From an uncultured Melioribacteraceae bacterium (GTDB lineage Bacteria; Bacteroidota; Ignavibacteria; Ignavibacteriales; Melioribacteraceae): DNA of 64,000 nucleotides. The notes beneath the pieces were generated by a model. It ran no database searches. It worked only from the letters and a program-made list of their open reading frames with translations, and was not told the origin of the DNA. Within the stretch, counting starts at the first letter, position 1, and each line of letters starts with the position of its first letter. Shown piece after piece: positions 30,330 to 41,910 of the stretch. The stretch is from NCBI GenBank assembly GCA_964584325.1, contig CAZOZP010000004.1:3559-67558 (forward strand), written 5' to 3'. Both the position numbers and the translations under genes were made by a program.

Positions 30330-32789
30330 ATGAAAATAAAACCTTCTGATAAAACAGCTATTATTTATAAAGATAAGAATTATTCTTACAGAGAATTAAT
30401 TAATATATCTTTTTTATATTCAAAACTGATAAAGGAAAGAAGCGCTTCAAGAGTTGCGATATTTTCTGAAAACAGACCTGAATGGATATTTGCACTTTTA
30501 GGATGCTGGAATACTAAAAATACTGTAATACCAATTGATCATTTGTCCACTGCAGAAGAAGCTGCATACATTATTAAAGAAAGCGATACTGATTTAGTTT
30601 TTCTATCTAATGACAATTTTCAGAAGGGTTTAGAGATTGGTGAAATTCTAGAAAAAAAAATTAATATTATTAATTTTGATGAAATTAGGTTAGCTGCACA
30701 AATTGTAGAAAGAGAAGACATTTTAGAGTACGAAAATGAGAGTTTAGCCTCAATTGTTTTTACTTCAGGGACTACCGGAAGCCCAAAAGGCGTTATGTTA
30801 AGCTTCGAAAACCTTTATTCAAATATTGAAGCTGTTTCAAGTTATGTTCCAATATTTAAGCCGAATGAAAGAACATTGGTGATGCTTCCTCTTCATCACA
30901 CATTCCCGTTTGTTGGTTCAATGTTAGCGCCTCTATATACTGAAGGAATATGTGTTTTTACTCCTTCGCTTAATTCAGAAGATATAATTAATACATTAAA
31001 GAAATATAAAGTTACTGTTATTATTGGTGTACCAAGATTTTATTCTCTTATAAGAAAGGGAATAATGGAAAAAATCAATTCTTCTTTTGCTGCTAAAATA
31101 GTTTTTTCTTTAGCAAAAAAAGTTAATTCACAGAAATTTTCGAAAAAAGTTTTTTCAAAGGTTCAAGATAAATTCGGTGGAAACATTAAGTATCTTGTAA
31201 GCGGAGGTGCATCTCTAGATAGAGAAGTTGAAAAAGACTTAAGAACTTTAGGATTTGATGTTCTAAATGGGTATGGAATGACTGAATGTGCACCAATGAT
31301 TACTTTCACAAGACCTGGTAAATTCAAAATCGGATCTGCTGGAAACAAGCTTTTCTGTAATGAGATTAGAATAAAGGACGAAGAAATTCTTACAAAAGGG
31401 CCTAATGTAATGATGGGTTATTACGGTCATCCAAAAGCTACATCAGAAATACTTATAGATGGTTGGCTTTATACAGGAGATACAGGTTATGTTGATGATG
31501 AAGGCTATCTTTTTATTACTGGTAGAAAAAAAGAAACCATTGTTCTTTCTAACGGAAAGAATATAAATCCTGAAGAAGTTGAAAATGCTCTTATGAGGTA
31601 TCCTGAAATTAAAGAAGCCGGAGTTTTTGAATTCAACGATTCTCTAGCTGTTGTTATCAGGCCGGAACTGTCAATACTAATGTCCAAAAACGAAAAAGAT
31701 TATTTAGAATATTTTAGAAAAAACATAATAATAGATTATAACAGCAATGTTTCTTCATATAAGCAGATTAAAAAAATTGTAATTACAGAAGAAGATTTGC
31801 CAAGAACAAGATTAAGTAAGCTTAAACGCTTCATGCTTCCGGCATTCATGGAAGTCGCAAAACCTCAAGAAGGCAGTATTGATGAGCCTGAACTTGAGTC
31901 ATATAAAATTATCAAAAACTATCTCGAAAGTGAAAAAGGAATTAACGTATTTCCGCAAGATCATCTTGATTATGACATATCTCTTGATTCTTTGGATAAA
32001 GTAAGCCTTGTTGCCTTTATTAAATCTTCTTTTGGAATTGAAATTACAGATAAAGAGATATCCGAATTTGAAACTGTAATTAAACTCGCTGAATATATTC
32101 ATACAAACAAAACTAAATCAGAAGCCGAAGAGGTGAATTGGTCTGGAATATTAAAGGAGAAAATAGATCTTAAACTTCCTAAAAGCTGGATTACCCATTA
32201 TTTTATAAAGTTTGTTACAAGGGTGTTTTTCGGAATATATTTTAGAATCCAGAGTAACGGTATTAACAAAATACCATCAGGGCCTTTTATCATTGTGCCC
32301 AATCACCAAAGTTTTTTCGATGGTATGTTTGTAACTGTATTTTTAAAATATGTAGATGCAAAGCGCACATACTTTTACGCTAAGGAAAAACATCTAAGAT
32401 TAAAAATATTAAAGTTCATTGCTAATAAACATAATGTTATTGCTATGGATGTAAAAAATGATTTAAAAGAATCTATACAGAAATTAGCAGGAGTAATTAG
32501 GAATGGAAAGAATGTGATGATATTTCCGGAAGGAACAAGAAGTACCTCAGGAGAAATGGGTAGTTTTAAGAAAACATTTGCAATATTGAGTAAGGAGCTT
32601 AATGTACCGATTGTGCCTGTTGCAATAACCGGTGCTGACAAAGCACTTCCTAAAGGAAAAAAAATACCTAGACCATTCAGGAAAATACAAGTGAGATTTT
32701 TGGATCCGGTATATCCTGAGAATATGGATTACGATAGTTTAAGTGAAACTGTTCGTAGCAGAATAGCTGAAGCTGTGAAAGGAGTTTAG
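30330..32789 (+). CDS. Tri-domain fusion: acyl-AMP ligase (AMP-binding), carrier-protein-like domain, lysophospholipid (PlsC-family) acyltransferase
   Basis: FTSGTTGSPKGV, YGMTE and YTGDTGYVDDEGYLFITGRKKE (adenylation motifs). DISLDSLDKVSLV (possible phosphopantetheine Ser). VPNHQSFFDG (HX4D) and FPEGTRS (acyltransferase). Confidence 0.75.
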   Translation: MKIKPSDKTAIIYKDKNYSYRELINISFLYSKLIKERSASRVAIFSENRPEWIFALLGCWNTKNTVIPIDHLSTAEEAAYIIKESDTDLVFLSNDNFQKGLEIGEILEKKINIINFDEIRLAAQIVEREDILEYENESLASIVFTSGTTGSPKGVMLSFENLYSNIEAVSSYVPIFKPNERTLVMLPLHHTFPFVGSMLAPLYTEGICVFTPSLNSEDIINTLKKYKVTVIIGVPRFYSLIRKGIMEKINSSFAAKIVFSLAKKVNSQKFSKKVFSKVQDKFGGNIKYLVSGGASLDREVEKDLRTLGFDVLNGYGMTECAPMITFTRPGKFKIGSAGNKLFCNEIRIKDEEILTKGPNVMMGYYGHPKATSEILIDGWLYTGDTGYVDDEGYLFITGRKKETIVLSNGKNINPEEVENALMRYPEIKEAGVFEFNDSLAVVIRPELSILMSKNEKDYLEYFRKNIIIDYNSNVSSYKQIKKIVITEEDLPRTRLSKLKRFMLPAFMEVAKPQEGSIDEPELESYKIIKNYLESEKGINVFPQDHLDYDISLDSLDKVSLVAFIKSSFGIEITDKEISEFETVIKLAEYIHTNKTKSEAEEVNWSGILKEKIDLKLPKSWITHYFIKFVTRVFFGIYFRIQSNGINKIPSGPFIIVPNHQSFFDGMFVTVFLKYVDAKRTYFYAKEKHLRLKILKFIANKHNVIAMDVKNDLKESIQKLAGVIRNGKNVMIFPEGTRSTSGEMGSFKKTFAILSKELNVPIVPVAITGADKALPKGKKIPRPFRKIQVRFLDPVYPENMDYDSLSETVRSRIAEAVKGV

Positions 32790-34861
32790 TTATTATTAGC
32801 TTGTGCAGGTAGTAGAAACTTAAATGTTGTACCTTCGCCGTATTTACTTTCAACCCAGATTTGACCGCTGTTTTTCTCGATGAAATCTTTACAGAGAATC
32901 AGACCAAGGCCGGTCCCTTTTTCATTTTGTGTTCCTTGTGTTGTAAGTCTCTCATCAATTTTGAATAATCTTTTCATATCTTCTTCCTTAATTCCTACTC
33001 CGTTATCGCTAACATTAACTTCAACATTTTGATTGGAGTTCTTAATATCAATCACTATTTGTCCGCCTGTATTCGTAAACTTAATGGAATTGGAAATGAG
33101 GTTTCTTATAACAGTTTCTATCATATTCATATCTGCATATACAGTTACTTTTTCTTGGCAATTATTTCTTATTCTTATCTGTTTTTCATTAGCTACAGTT
33201 TCAAGAATATTTACTGTTGCATTAGTTAAAGCGGTAATGTTAAATTTCATTGGGTCAAATTCAACTCTGCCAGATTGTATTCTGCTCCATTGAAGTAAAT
33301 TTTCTACAAGCCGGAAAAGATTATTAGTTGATTTGTAAATACTGTCAGAATACTTTGCTATTTCTTCCATGCTCAAATCTCTCAGATTCTGACTCAAGTA
33401 CTCAGAATAGGTTAGCAGAGATGTAAAAGGACTTCTAAGGTCATGTGCGATAATTGAAAAAAACATATCTTTCTGAGCATTGGTTTTCTTTAATTCACTT
33501 TCCGATTCAAGAATTCTTTTGTTTAACTTTGAAAGTTCTGCAGCATATCTTTTTAATTCAGATTTGTCTTTTTGCAATTCGAGAACATACTGTGAGATAA
33601 TTGCCTTTGATTCATTCTTGGCTGTTATGTCTCGGATTACAAGAAAATATTCATCTTTGCCTGACGGAACTATTTTTGCCTCTTCAACGTGTTTAATTCC
33701 GTTTTTTACATTTTCATATTCTATGAAATGAGTTTCTTTAGTTTTCATGGCAAGTTCAACGCTATATTTGATTTTGAGACTTATGTCTTCAGTCATAAAA
33801 TCAAATATGTTTCTACCGATAATATCTTCAATCGGAGCAACAAGATCTTTGCTACGTTTAGCATGAACATCCAAGGTTAGGCCTTCCCTGTTACATCTGT
33901 AAACTAAATCAGGAATAGCCTGAAGAAATTTTATCTGTCGTTCTTCTTCTTCAATTAAGATTTTGGAAGCTTGTCGTTTCTCGGCTAAAACAGAAACAAA
34001 AATAAGAGATGAAAAAGAAAAGATTGAAAGCGTACTAAATAGTAATACCGGATATGAAGCTGTCAGTTGATTGATAAATGGGCCTCCGTTAAAAAAAGTA
34101 CCAATAATGGAAATTAATACAACAAAAAGAGAAACCAAAGATGTTACACCGGGACCATACCTTAAAACAGACCAAACAGCAAATCCTAATGGAATGTAGG
34201 ATGCAGCGATTAATGAACTTCTGGATGAATAGTCGAATGAGAAAAGAAAGATACCTGTAAAAACTAAAACACTCAACAGAGTGTAAATCTCCTTTTCGTC
34301 TGGCTTTTCCCACAATTCATATGGTTTTCCATGAAAAATAAATATTGGAGGAGCAAACACTAAAATTCCGAGAAACGAGGCAGTCCACCAGAAAGAAAAC
34401 TGATCTGCAAAGTTACTGTTTGGCATACTATCAGTTAACCATACTGCAAAAGCTGTAAATAATGCAAATATTACCGTAGAACCGCCGGAAATTATTACCG
34501 ATAATCCTATCGCATCTTTAAGTCTTGTAATGTTTATGTTAAAATCTATAATCTTTTTCATTATATGATTTGCAAGAAGAATATTTAATACCAGACCGGA
34601 AAGTGATAATACAGTAGTAATAATTGAACCGGTATAGAGATAAAATATGAGAGAATGACCAAGCAAAATTTCAGGTAGAAATTTTTTGGAATAAATAAAG
34701 TATAAACTGATTGACAATGCAATTGGAGGCCATATTAAAACCAGATCTTTAGAATTTGTTGATGAAAAGGCAAAGATACCAAGCAAAAGATATGAGCAGA
34801 GAACAAATGCACTTTGTTTTATGTTAATTTCCTTCAGAAAACCCTTAAATCCGTTCAACAT
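32786..34861 (-). CDS. Sensor histidine kinase with polytopic N-terminal (MASE1-like) membrane domain, PAS, HisKA, HATPase_c
   Basis: About 290 aa of TM helices, then a PAS-like segment, FFSIIAHDLRSP (H-box), and N/G1/G2 boxes (NLISNSIKFT, DNGVGI, GTGLGL). No response regulator adjacent. Confidence 0.85.
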   Translation of the reverse strand: MLNGFKGFLKEINIKQSAFVLCSYLLLGIFAFSSTNSKDLVLIWPPIALSISLYFIYSKKFLPEILLGHSLIFYLYTGSIITTVLSLSGLVLNILLANHIMKKIIDFNINITRLKDAIGLSVIISGGSTVIFALFTAFAVWLTDSMPNSNFADQFSFWWTASFLGILVFAPPIFIFHGKPYELWEKPDEKEIYTLLSVLVFTGIFLFSFDYSSRSSLIAASYIPLGFAVWSVLRYGPGVTSLVSLFVVLISIIGTFFNGGPFINQLTASYPVLLFSTLSIFSFSSLIFVSVLAEKRQASKILIEEEERQIKFLQAIPDLVYRCNREGLTLDVHAKRSKDLVAPIEDIIGRNIFDFMTEDISLKIKYSVELAMKTKETHFIEYENVKNGIKHVEEAKIVPSGKDEYFLVIRDITAKNESKAIISQYVLELQKDKSELKRYAAELSKLNKRILESESELKKTNAQKDMFFSIIAHDLRSPFTSLLTYSEYLSQNLRDLSMEEIAKYSDSIYKSTNNLFRLVENLLQWSRIQSGRVEFDPMKFNITALTNATVNILETVANEKQIRIRNNCQEKVTVYADMNMIETVIRNLISNSIKFTNTGGQIVIDIKNSNQNVEVNVSDNGVGIKEEDMKRLFKIDERLTTQGTQNEKGTGLGLILCKDFIEKNSGQIWVESKYGEGTTFKFLLPAQANNN

Positions 34862-35040
34862 CCCAATTCCAGTATTTTACTTTTAAACCCATTAAACCTG
34901 TCATTAAATATATTATGAAAATTAAGTCAAAACTTTTAATTATTATACTTATTTTTACAATAAAGAAATTAAATATAACAAATGTTATATATATGATTAT
35001 TATTTAATTGAAAGTTTATAACAATTATTACGGAATAAAA

Positions 35041-35655
35041 ATGGCCAGAATATTTCTTACAACAATCATAGCTTTATTTGCTTTCCAATATTGTACCAAA
35101 CCGGTTGAACAGAAGAAAAATGATAATGTAGTCTTTAATATCATTGAACCAACAAGTACAATCTATAAAATTGTTAATAGAGATGTATCAATAGAAGAAA
35201 TCTCTCTAAAATATTATGAGAAAATAATTTCAGATAATGGACGGATTGTAAAAGTTGAAAGATATTCTCCGCAAGGTAAATTAACTGATAAGTTAAATAT
35301 TCCAGCTATAAGTGTATATGATTATAATCAGGATAATCTTATTATTTCCTTGCGCTATTTTGATCAGAATAATAAGCCCATTAAAATTCAAAAATTCGGA
35401 TACTGGGCTAAAGAATTTATATATGAAAAGGATAACCGTATTAAGATGGTTATTAATCGTGATGTTGATAGAGGAATTATTGAAGTACCTATTGATTCAA
35501 TTGATTTTAAGGTAAATAATTATAATGCACCGGTACTTGTGTATAATTATGAGAAAGATAGTGTAATAGTAAAAGCTTTTGATTCAAAATTTAATCTATT
35601 GAAATCATTTAGCGGAACAGCTCCATGTATTCCGTTCATTGATTGTTTTGAATAA
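35041..35655 (+). CDS. Hypothetical lipoprotein
   Basis: MARIFLTTIIALFAFQYC signal/lipobox-like start. No recognisable family. Confidence 0.4.
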   Translation: MARIFLTTIIALFAFQYCTKPVEQKKNDNVVFNIIEPTSTIYKIVNRDVSIEEISLKYYEKIISDNGRIVKVERYSPQGKLTDKLNIPAISVYDYNQDNLIISLRYFDQNNKPIKIQKFGYWAKEFIYEKDNRIKMVINRDVDRGIIEVPIDSIDFKVNNYNAPVLVYNYEKDSVIVKAFDSKFNLLKSFSGTAPCIPFIDCFE

Positions 35656-35715
35656 TATTATAGCTGTTTTTAAAAATGCTTTTTGTTATTTTTGTAAAAA
35701 TATAAAAGTTAAAAC

Positions 35716-37290
35716 GTGAATATTTATAAATCCGATTTTTTAATAATAGGTAGTGGTTTGGCCGGATTATCGGCCGCAGAATCGGCAGCAAATTACGGTA
35801 AAGTAAATATAATTGCAAAATCGGATCTCGACATATCCAATTCATATTACGCCCAGGGAGGTATTGCTGCAGCCATAGGCAGTGATGATTCTTTTGAATT
35901 TCATCTTGCTGATACTATTAAGGCAGGAAGAGGTCTTTGTTCTGATGAAGCTGTTAGAATCTTAGTTGAAGACGGTTATAGGTATGTTAGTTCTCTTCTC
36001 GAAGACGGTATGCCTTTTGAAAAAAAAGATAATTTTCCAGATTTGGGGCTTGAAGGTGGACACAGTAAAAATAGAATTCTGCATTCAAATGGTAATGCTA
36101 CCGGAAAAGCTGTTGTTGATTTTGTTAATAATAGAATAAATAAGAATCAGAATATAAGCTCTTTTTACGGAAGACATGCATTTGAACTTCTGGTTAAAAA
36201 TAATACCTGCCACGGTGTTTATTGTTATAATACTGAATCAAATCAAACTGATCTTTTTATTGCCCCTTTTACTCTTATTGCAACAGGCGGTCTCTGTTCA
36301 TTATACGAAAGAAATACAAATCCCGACTTCAGTTATGGAGATGGAATTGCATTGGCATTTAATGCAGGTGCAGATATTGAGTCGATGGAATTTATTCAGT
36401 TTCATCCTACATCTTTTCATCATGAAAGTGGAGCTACTTTTCTTATTTCTGAAGCTTTACGAGGTGAAGGAGCTTACCTTGTTAATAAAAACAGAAAAAG
36501 GATAATGCTTGGTAAGGATGCTCAAGCAGAACTCGCTCCAAGGGATGTGGTTTCCAGATATATATTTGAGTATCTCAGGGAGTCTGGAGAAAAATGTGTT
36601 TACCTTATGCTTGATCATTTAGATGCTGAAAAAATAAAGGATAGATTTAAAAATATTTATGAAGATTCGCTAGGTTTTGGGATTGATATAACAAAAGACC
36701 TTGTACCGGTTTCACCTGCGGCTCATTATACAATTGGCGGAATTAAAACTGATTTAAACGGAAGAACCGGCATTGTGAATCTTTATAGTTCCGGTGAGGC
36801 TGCTTCATCAGGTGTTCATGGAGCAAACAGACTTGCAAGTAATTCTCTTCTTGAATGTATTGTTTTTTCTAAAAGATCAATAGAGGATTTTGTTTTAAAC
36901 GGATTCTCTGATAATAAAGTCAGATACCAAGAAAAATTATATACTGTAGATAATTCTTTAATAAACATTTATGTTGAAAAAAGGAAGGTGTTATCTGTTG
37001 TATTAAATAGTTTTGTCGGGATTCTTAGGAATGATGACTTACTTGCGAGAGGACTTAAACAAATACAAGAATTAAAGAGGGAATTTCCGTTTAAAGAAAA
37101 TGAGTATTATTCTTTGTCTTTTGCACAAAACATTGTAATTGCCGAGATGGTTTTTCATTCAGCTAAATTCAGAAAAGAATCACGCGGCGGACACCTTCGG
37201 TCTGATTACCCAACAGAAAGAGATGATTATCAATTTACAACCATTATTAATAAATCAAACGGTATTGATCAAATTAGGAAGAATACATGA
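35716..37290 (+). CDS. nadB: L-aspartate oxidase
   Basis: DFLIIGSGLAGLSAA FAD motif, HYTIGGI and GANRLASNSLLE. Operon with nadC and nadA. GTG start. Confidence 0.92.
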   Translation: MNIYKSDFLIIGSGLAGLSAAESAANYGKVNIIAKSDLDISNSYYAQGGIAAAIGSDDSFEFHLADTIKAGRGLCSDEAVRILVEDGYRYVSSLLEDGMPFEKKDNFPDLGLEGGHSKNRILHSNGNATGKAVVDFVNNRINKNQNISSFYGRHAFELLVKNNTCHGVYCYNTESNQTDLFIAPFTLIATGGLCSLYERNTNPDFSYGDGIALAFNAGADIESMEFIQFHPTSFHHESGATFLISEALRGEGAYLVNKNRKRIMLGKDAQAELAPRDVVSRYIFEYLRESGEKCVYLMLDHLDAEKIKDRFKNIYEDSLGFGIDITKDLVPVSPAAHYTIGGIKTDLNGRTGIVNLYSSGEAASSGVHGANRLASNSLLECIVFSKRSIEDFVLNGFSDNKVRYQEKLYTVDNSLINIYVEKRKVLSVVLNSFVGILRNDDLLARGLKQIQELKREFPFKENEYYSLSFAQNIVIAEMVFHSAKFRKESRGGHLRSDYPTERDDYQFTTIINKSNGIDQIRKNT

Positions 37291-38156
37291 GTCTGACAAA
37301 AACTGATTTTAATTTCAGCGGAGTTGATCACCTTATAGAATTATCTTTAATGGAAGATATCGGCCCTGGCGATATTACTACTGATCTTATCATAGCTCAA
37401 GACCATATTGTTGATGCATTCTGGGTAGCTAAATCATCAGGAGTTATTTCCGGACTATTTGTTGCAGAAAAAGTATTTCGGAAGTTGGATAATAATATTA
37501 TGTGGAAACCATTGGTTAATGAGGGCGAATTTGTTGAAAAAGGAAATGTTATTCTTGAATTCAGCGGACAATACCGTGCTTTATTAACCGGTGAAAGAAC
37601 TGCACTGAATTTTGCTCAGAGAATGTCTGGAATCTCAACTATGGCTCATGAATATGCAAAAGTTCTTGAGAGAACTTCCTGCAGAATACTTGATACACGA
37701 AAAACCTTACCTGCTCACCGAATGTTGGATAAATATGCTGTGAAAGTAGGTGGTGGAGAGAACCATCGAATTGGACTGTTTGACATGGTCATGATAAAGG
37801 ATAATCACATTCAAGTGGCAGGCGGTATTAAAAATGCAATTGAGGCAGTCCGAAAGAATCTAAGCAATGATATTCTTATTGAAGTTGAAACTACAAATAT
37901 TGATGAGGTAAAGGAAGCTCTTGAGAATAAAGCAAATATTATAATGCTAGATAATATGAATACGCAGCAAATGAAAGATGCCGTGGAATTTATAAATAAA
38001 AGAGCTATAACCGAGGCTTCTGGCTCAATGAGTATTGAAAGATTAAAAGAAACTGCCATGGCTGGGGTTGATTATATCTCAGTCGGAGCACTAACTCATT
38101 CAGTAAAAGCATTTGATATTAGTCAAAAAATAAAAAATCAGGCAAAAAATGAATAA
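37287..38156 (+). CDS. nadC: Nicotinate-nucleotide diphosphorylase (quinolinate phosphoribosyltransferase)
   Basis: LTGERTALNF, DTRKT, HR.GL.D and IMLDNM blocks. 4-nt overlap with nadB. Confidence 0.92.
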   Translation: MSLTKTDFNFSGVDHLIELSLMEDIGPGDITTDLIIAQDHIVDAFWVAKSSGVISGLFVAEKVFRKLDNNIMWKPLVNEGEFVEKGNVILEFSGQYRALLTGERTALNFAQRMSGISTMAHEYAKVLERTSCRILDTRKTLPAHRMLDKYAVKVGGGENHRIGLFDMVMIKDNHIQVAGGIKNAIEAVRKNLSNDILIEVETTNIDEVKEALENKANIIMLDNMNTQQMKDAVEFINKRAITEASGSMSIERLKETAMAGVDYISVGALTHSVKAFDISQKIKNQAKNE

Positions 38157-39090
38157 AAATGAAATAATCAATGAAATTAGCCGTACAAAAAGGGAAAAAA
38201 ATGCGGTTATCCTTGCACATAATTATCAGCTTCCTGAGATTCAGGATATAGCTGATTATATTGGTGACTCTTTGGGCTTATCCCAAATGGCAGCTAAAAC
38301 TACTGCTGATATGATAATATTTTGCGGTGTTCACTTTATGGCGGAAACGGCCTCAATTTTATCACCAACAAAAAAGGTGATAATACCTGATCCTGATGCA
38401 GGATGTTCATTGGCTGCCTGCATAGATGCAGAGAAACTTCGGAACTGGAAAGCTGAGAACCCCGGTTCAATTGTTGTTTCCTATGTAAATACAACTGCAG
38501 AGGTAAAAGCCGAAACGGATTATTGTTGTACATCATCAAATGCGGTAAAGGTTGTTGAAGCAATCGACAAAGATAAAAAAATTCTATTTCTTCCAGATAA
38601 ATTTCTTGGGCGTTATGTAAAGAGCATTACAGGCAGAAATATGGAAATATGGGATGGGTTTTGTCATGTTCATGAAAAGATCGGGGATATTGAACTTGGC
38701 TCTTCTGAGGAAAAATATCCGGGAGCCGAGGTGCTTATCCACCCTGAGTGTGGTTGTTCTTCTTCTTGCATGCTTAAATCTGTTATGTATAATGACTGCA
38801 GTAAAACCGGTATATATTCTACTGAAGGAATGCTAAAAAGAGTGAAAGAATCTGACAGTAAAGAATTTTTGATTGCTACTGAGGTTGGCATTATTTACAG
38901 GATGCAGAAGGAGGTTCCTGGAAAAATATTTTATCCAGCTTCAGAAAATGCTGTATGTGAGTACATGAAAATGATTACTCTTGAAAAAGTGTACAATTCT
39001 TTGTTGAGTGAAAAATATGAAATAAGAGTTAATGAAGAAATTGCATCAAAGGCAAGGCTATCAATAGAGAGAATGATTTCTATAGTGTAA
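38149..39090 (+). CDS. nadA: Quinolinate synthase
   Basis: ILAHNYQ, FCGVHFMAETA, YVNT and C.VH/HPEC cluster-ligand regions. 8-nt overlap with nadC. Confidence 0.92.
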   Translation: MNKNEIINEISRTKREKNAVILAHNYQLPEIQDIADYIGDSLGLSQMAAKTTADMIIFCGVHFMAETASILSPTKKVIIPDPDAGCSLAACIDAEKLRNWKAENPGSIVVSYVNTTAEVKAETDYCCTSSNAVKVVEAIDKDKKILFLPDKFLGRYVKSITGRNMEIWDGFCHVHEKIGDIELGSSEEKYPGAEVLIHPECGCSSSCMLKSVMYNDCSKTGIYSTEGMLKRVKESDSKEFLIATEVGIIYRMQKEVPGKIFYPASENAVCEYMKMITLEKVYNSLLSEKYEIRVNEEIASKARLSIERMISIV

Positions 39091-39100
39091 GAAAAATTCA

Positions 39101-39128
39101 AAAGGAAGTCTGTGATCAGACTTCCTTT
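39101..39128. terminator. Bidirectional terminator between nadA and clpB
   Basis: 12-bp stem AAAGGAAGTCTG/CAGACTTCCTTT with loop TGAT. A-run upstream and T-run downstream. Confidence 0.75.
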
Positions 39129-39156
39129 TGAAATGATGTTTATTTAGTAAATATGA

Positions 39157-41775
39157 TTAAATTTTACGAAACTCCAGATTACCTCCGCCATTATATTCTA
39201 TTAGTATTGTATCACCGTTGCCATAATTATTCATAAGAAGTTGTGTTGAAAGAGGATTAATAAGATGTCTCTGTATCGTACGTTTCAACGGACGAGCACC
39301 GTAAACCGGATCATAACCAATAGTTGACAGGAAATCCTTTGCTTCATCGGTAATCTGCATGGTAATATTTTTATCATGTAGCTGTTTAGTAAGTGTAGCA
39401 ATTTGAATGTTAACTACTGATCTTAATTCAGATTTAAGAAGAGGCTTAAAAAGAATTATTTCATCAATTCTGTTCAGAAATTCCGGTCTTATTGTTTTTT
39501 TTAGCAAATCGCTTAGCTTAGATCTCAGTTCACTTAAAATACTTTCGTAATTATTTTCATCCATGATTTCCATTTTTTCCTGAACCAGATGAGACCCGAG
39601 ATTAGATGTCATAATAATAATAGTATTTTTAAAATTTACTGTGCGTCCCTTGTTATCTGTTAGTCTGCCGTCATCTAGCACTTGTAGAAGAATATTGAAA
39701 ACCTCAGGATGAGCCTTTTCAATTTCATCAAGAAGTATAACTGAATACGGTCTTCTTCTTACAGCTTCAGTTAACTGACCGCCTTCTTCATATCCTACAT
39801 AACCTGGAGGTGCTCCAACAAGTCTGGAGACAGAAAACTTTTCCATATATTCCGACATATCTATGCGGATCATTGCATGTTCATCGTTAAATAGGTACTC
39901 TGCAAGAGCTCTGGCAAGTTCTGTTTTTCCTACACCTGTTGTTCCTATAAAAATAAATGATCCTATTGGCTTTTTTTCATCATGAAGCCCGGCGCGCGAT
40001 CTTCTTAAGGCATTTGATACCGCAAAAACTGCATCGTTTTGACCGACAACTCTTTTATGCAATTCATCTTCCATTCTTAAAAGTTTGCTTCTTTCGCTTT
40101 CAAGCATTCTGTTTAATGGAATTCCGGTCCATTTTGAAACTACTTCAGCTATGTCTTCAGCTTCAACTTCTTCTTTTAACAGACGTGTGTTCGACTGAAT
40201 ATCATAAAGCTTTGAGGTTTCTTCCTTCATTTTGTTTTCGAGTCCGGCAATAATACCATATCTTATTTCTGCTACTTTGCCGAAATCACCTTCTCTTTCA
40301 TAATGTTCAGCTTGTAGTTTGGTTTTTTCTATCTGAGATTTCATTTCGCGAATAATACTTATTTTGTCTTTTTCAGCTTTCCAGTGAAGTTTTACCGCAT
40401 CTCTTTCAGATATTAATTCTACTAAATCAGTTTCGAGATCTTTCAATCTTTTTATAGAATCAGTGTCGTCTTCAAGTTTAAGTGCTTCTTTTTCTATTTC
40501 AAGTTGCTTTATTTTTCTTTCGAGATTATCCAACTCCTCGGGCATAGAATCGATTTCAATTCTGAGTTTTGATGCAGCTTCATCTATTAAATCAATGGCT
40601 TTATCCGGTAGAAATCTATCAGTTATATATCTGTTTGAAAGCTGTACCGATGCAACAATGGCGCTGTCTGTTATGCGCACTCCATGATGTAATTCATATC
40701 TTTCCTTAAGACCTCTAAGTATCGAGACGGAATCCTCTTCGGTTGGTTCAACTACTAAAACAGGTTGAAATCTTCTTTCGAGAGCTGAATCTTTTTCAAT
40801 ATGTTTTTTGTATTCATCCAGGGTTGTTGCACCGATTGTATGCAGTTCACCTCTTGCAAGTGCGGGCTTAAGAATGTTTGCTGCATCCATGGCACCGTCT
40901 GTTCTGCCCGCACCCACCAGCAAATGAAGTTCGTCTATAAAGAGAATAACTTCTCCTTTAGAATCCTGAACTTCTTTTATCACAGCTTTAATTCTTTCTT
41001 CAAATTGACCTCTGAACTGAGTACCTGCAACAAGGGCTCCCATATCAAGAGAAATAATTCTTTTTGTTTTTAAGTTTTCAGGAACATCCCCGTTGATAAT
41101 TCTGTGAGCAATGCCTTCAGCAATAGCTGTTTTACCAACTCCCGGTTCTCCGATAAGCACAGGATTGTTTTTGGTGCGTCTTGAAAGTACTTGAAGTACT
41201 CTTCGTATTTCTTCATCTCTGCCAATCACAGGATCAAGTTTACCAATGGAAGCAAGTTCATTTAGATCCCGACCATATTTCTTTAATGCTTGATATGTAT
41301 CTTCCGGACTCATGCTTGTAACTCTCTGATTTCCTCTAATATCTTTCAGAGCCGCTAAAATAGAATCACGTGAAATACCGTTCTCGAGCAAAAGTTTTGA
41401 TACAGCAGAATTTCCTGAACTTAATGCGAGTAGTATGTGTTCGTTAGAGACATATTCATCCTTCAGATTGCGAGCCTCAATGGAAGCATCATCCAGCATT
41501 TTAATAGAATAGTTTGAAAGCTGTTGATTACCGATTGAAGATCCTGTAATCTTTGGTAGTTTTTCAAGTAATTCATTTGTTTTTTGCTGAATTTGTCTAA
41601 TGTTTCCGCCAACCTTGTTAATTATTGCTACTCCCGTTCCTCCGGAATCCTGAATTAACGCAGCAAAAATATGCTCAGGTTCAATCATCTGGTTATTATA
41701 ATTTTGTGCTATATCAACAGCCATCTGAATGGTTTCCTGTGCTTTAACTGTTAACTTGTTAATATTAAAAGCCAT
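39157..41775 (-). CDS. clpB: ATP-dependent chaperone ClpB
   Basis: 872 aa. Two AAA+ modules ([18 protein letters not shown]) and a long coiled-coil middle domain. Confidence 0.97.
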   Translation of the reverse strand: MAFNINKLTVKAQETIQMAVDIAQNYNNQMIEPEHIFAALIQDSGGTGVAIINKVGGNIRQIQQKTNELLEKLPKITGSSIGNQQLSNYSIKMLDDASIEARNLKDEYVSNEHILLALSSGNSAVSKLLLENGISRDSILAALKDIRGNQRVTSMSPEDTYQALKKYGRDLNELASIGKLDPVIGRDEEIRRVLQVLSRRTKNNPVLIGEPGVGKTAIAEGIAHRIINGDVPENLKTKRIISLDMGALVAGTQFRGQFEERIKAVIKEVQDSKGEVILFIDELHLLVGAGRTDGAMDAANILKPALARGELHTIGATTLDEYKKHIEKDSALERRFQPVLVVEPTEEDSVSILRGLKERYELHHGVRITDSAIVASVQLSNRYITDRFLPDKAIDLIDEAASKLRIEIDSMPEELDNLERKIKQLEIEKEALKLEDDTDSIKRLKDLETDLVELISERDAVKLHWKAEKDKISIIREMKSQIEKTKLQAEHYEREGDFGKVAEIRYGIIAGLENKMKEETSKLYDIQSNTRLLKEEVEAEDIAEVVSKWTGIPLNRMLESERSKLLRMEDELHKRVVGQNDAVFAVSNALRRSRAGLHDEKKPIGSFIFIGTTGVGKTELARALAEYLFNDEHAMIRIDMSEYMEKFSVSRLVGAPPGYVGYEEGGQLTEAVRRRPYSVILLDEIEKAHPEVFNILLQVLDDGRLTDNKGRTVNFKNTIIIMTSNLGSHLVQEKMEIMDENNYESILSELRSKLSDLLKKTIRPEFLNRIDEIILFKPLLKSELRSVVNIQIATLTKQLHDKNITMQITDEAKDFLSTIGYDPVYGARPLKRTIQRHLINPLSTQLLMNNYGNGDTILIEYNGGGNLEFRKI

Positions 41776-41910
41776 AGATACCTCGAATTAAAATAATTAT
41801 TAAAAATATCGAATATGAAATTTAAATATGTAAAAAATGTCTCTCTAAGTTTTTAGGGTAATTATGTATTTTAATTGACATCGGTTAAATATAATATTTT
41901 TGAGGTTTAA

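Noticed and set aside
41776-41910. Heat-shock control element (CIRCE) or sigma-32-type promoter upstream of clpB
   Set aside because: No TTAGCACTC-N9-GAGTGCTAA inverted repeat or convincing -35/-10 pair was found. The TTGACA at about 41875 has wrong spacing to any TATAAT and faces the other gene.
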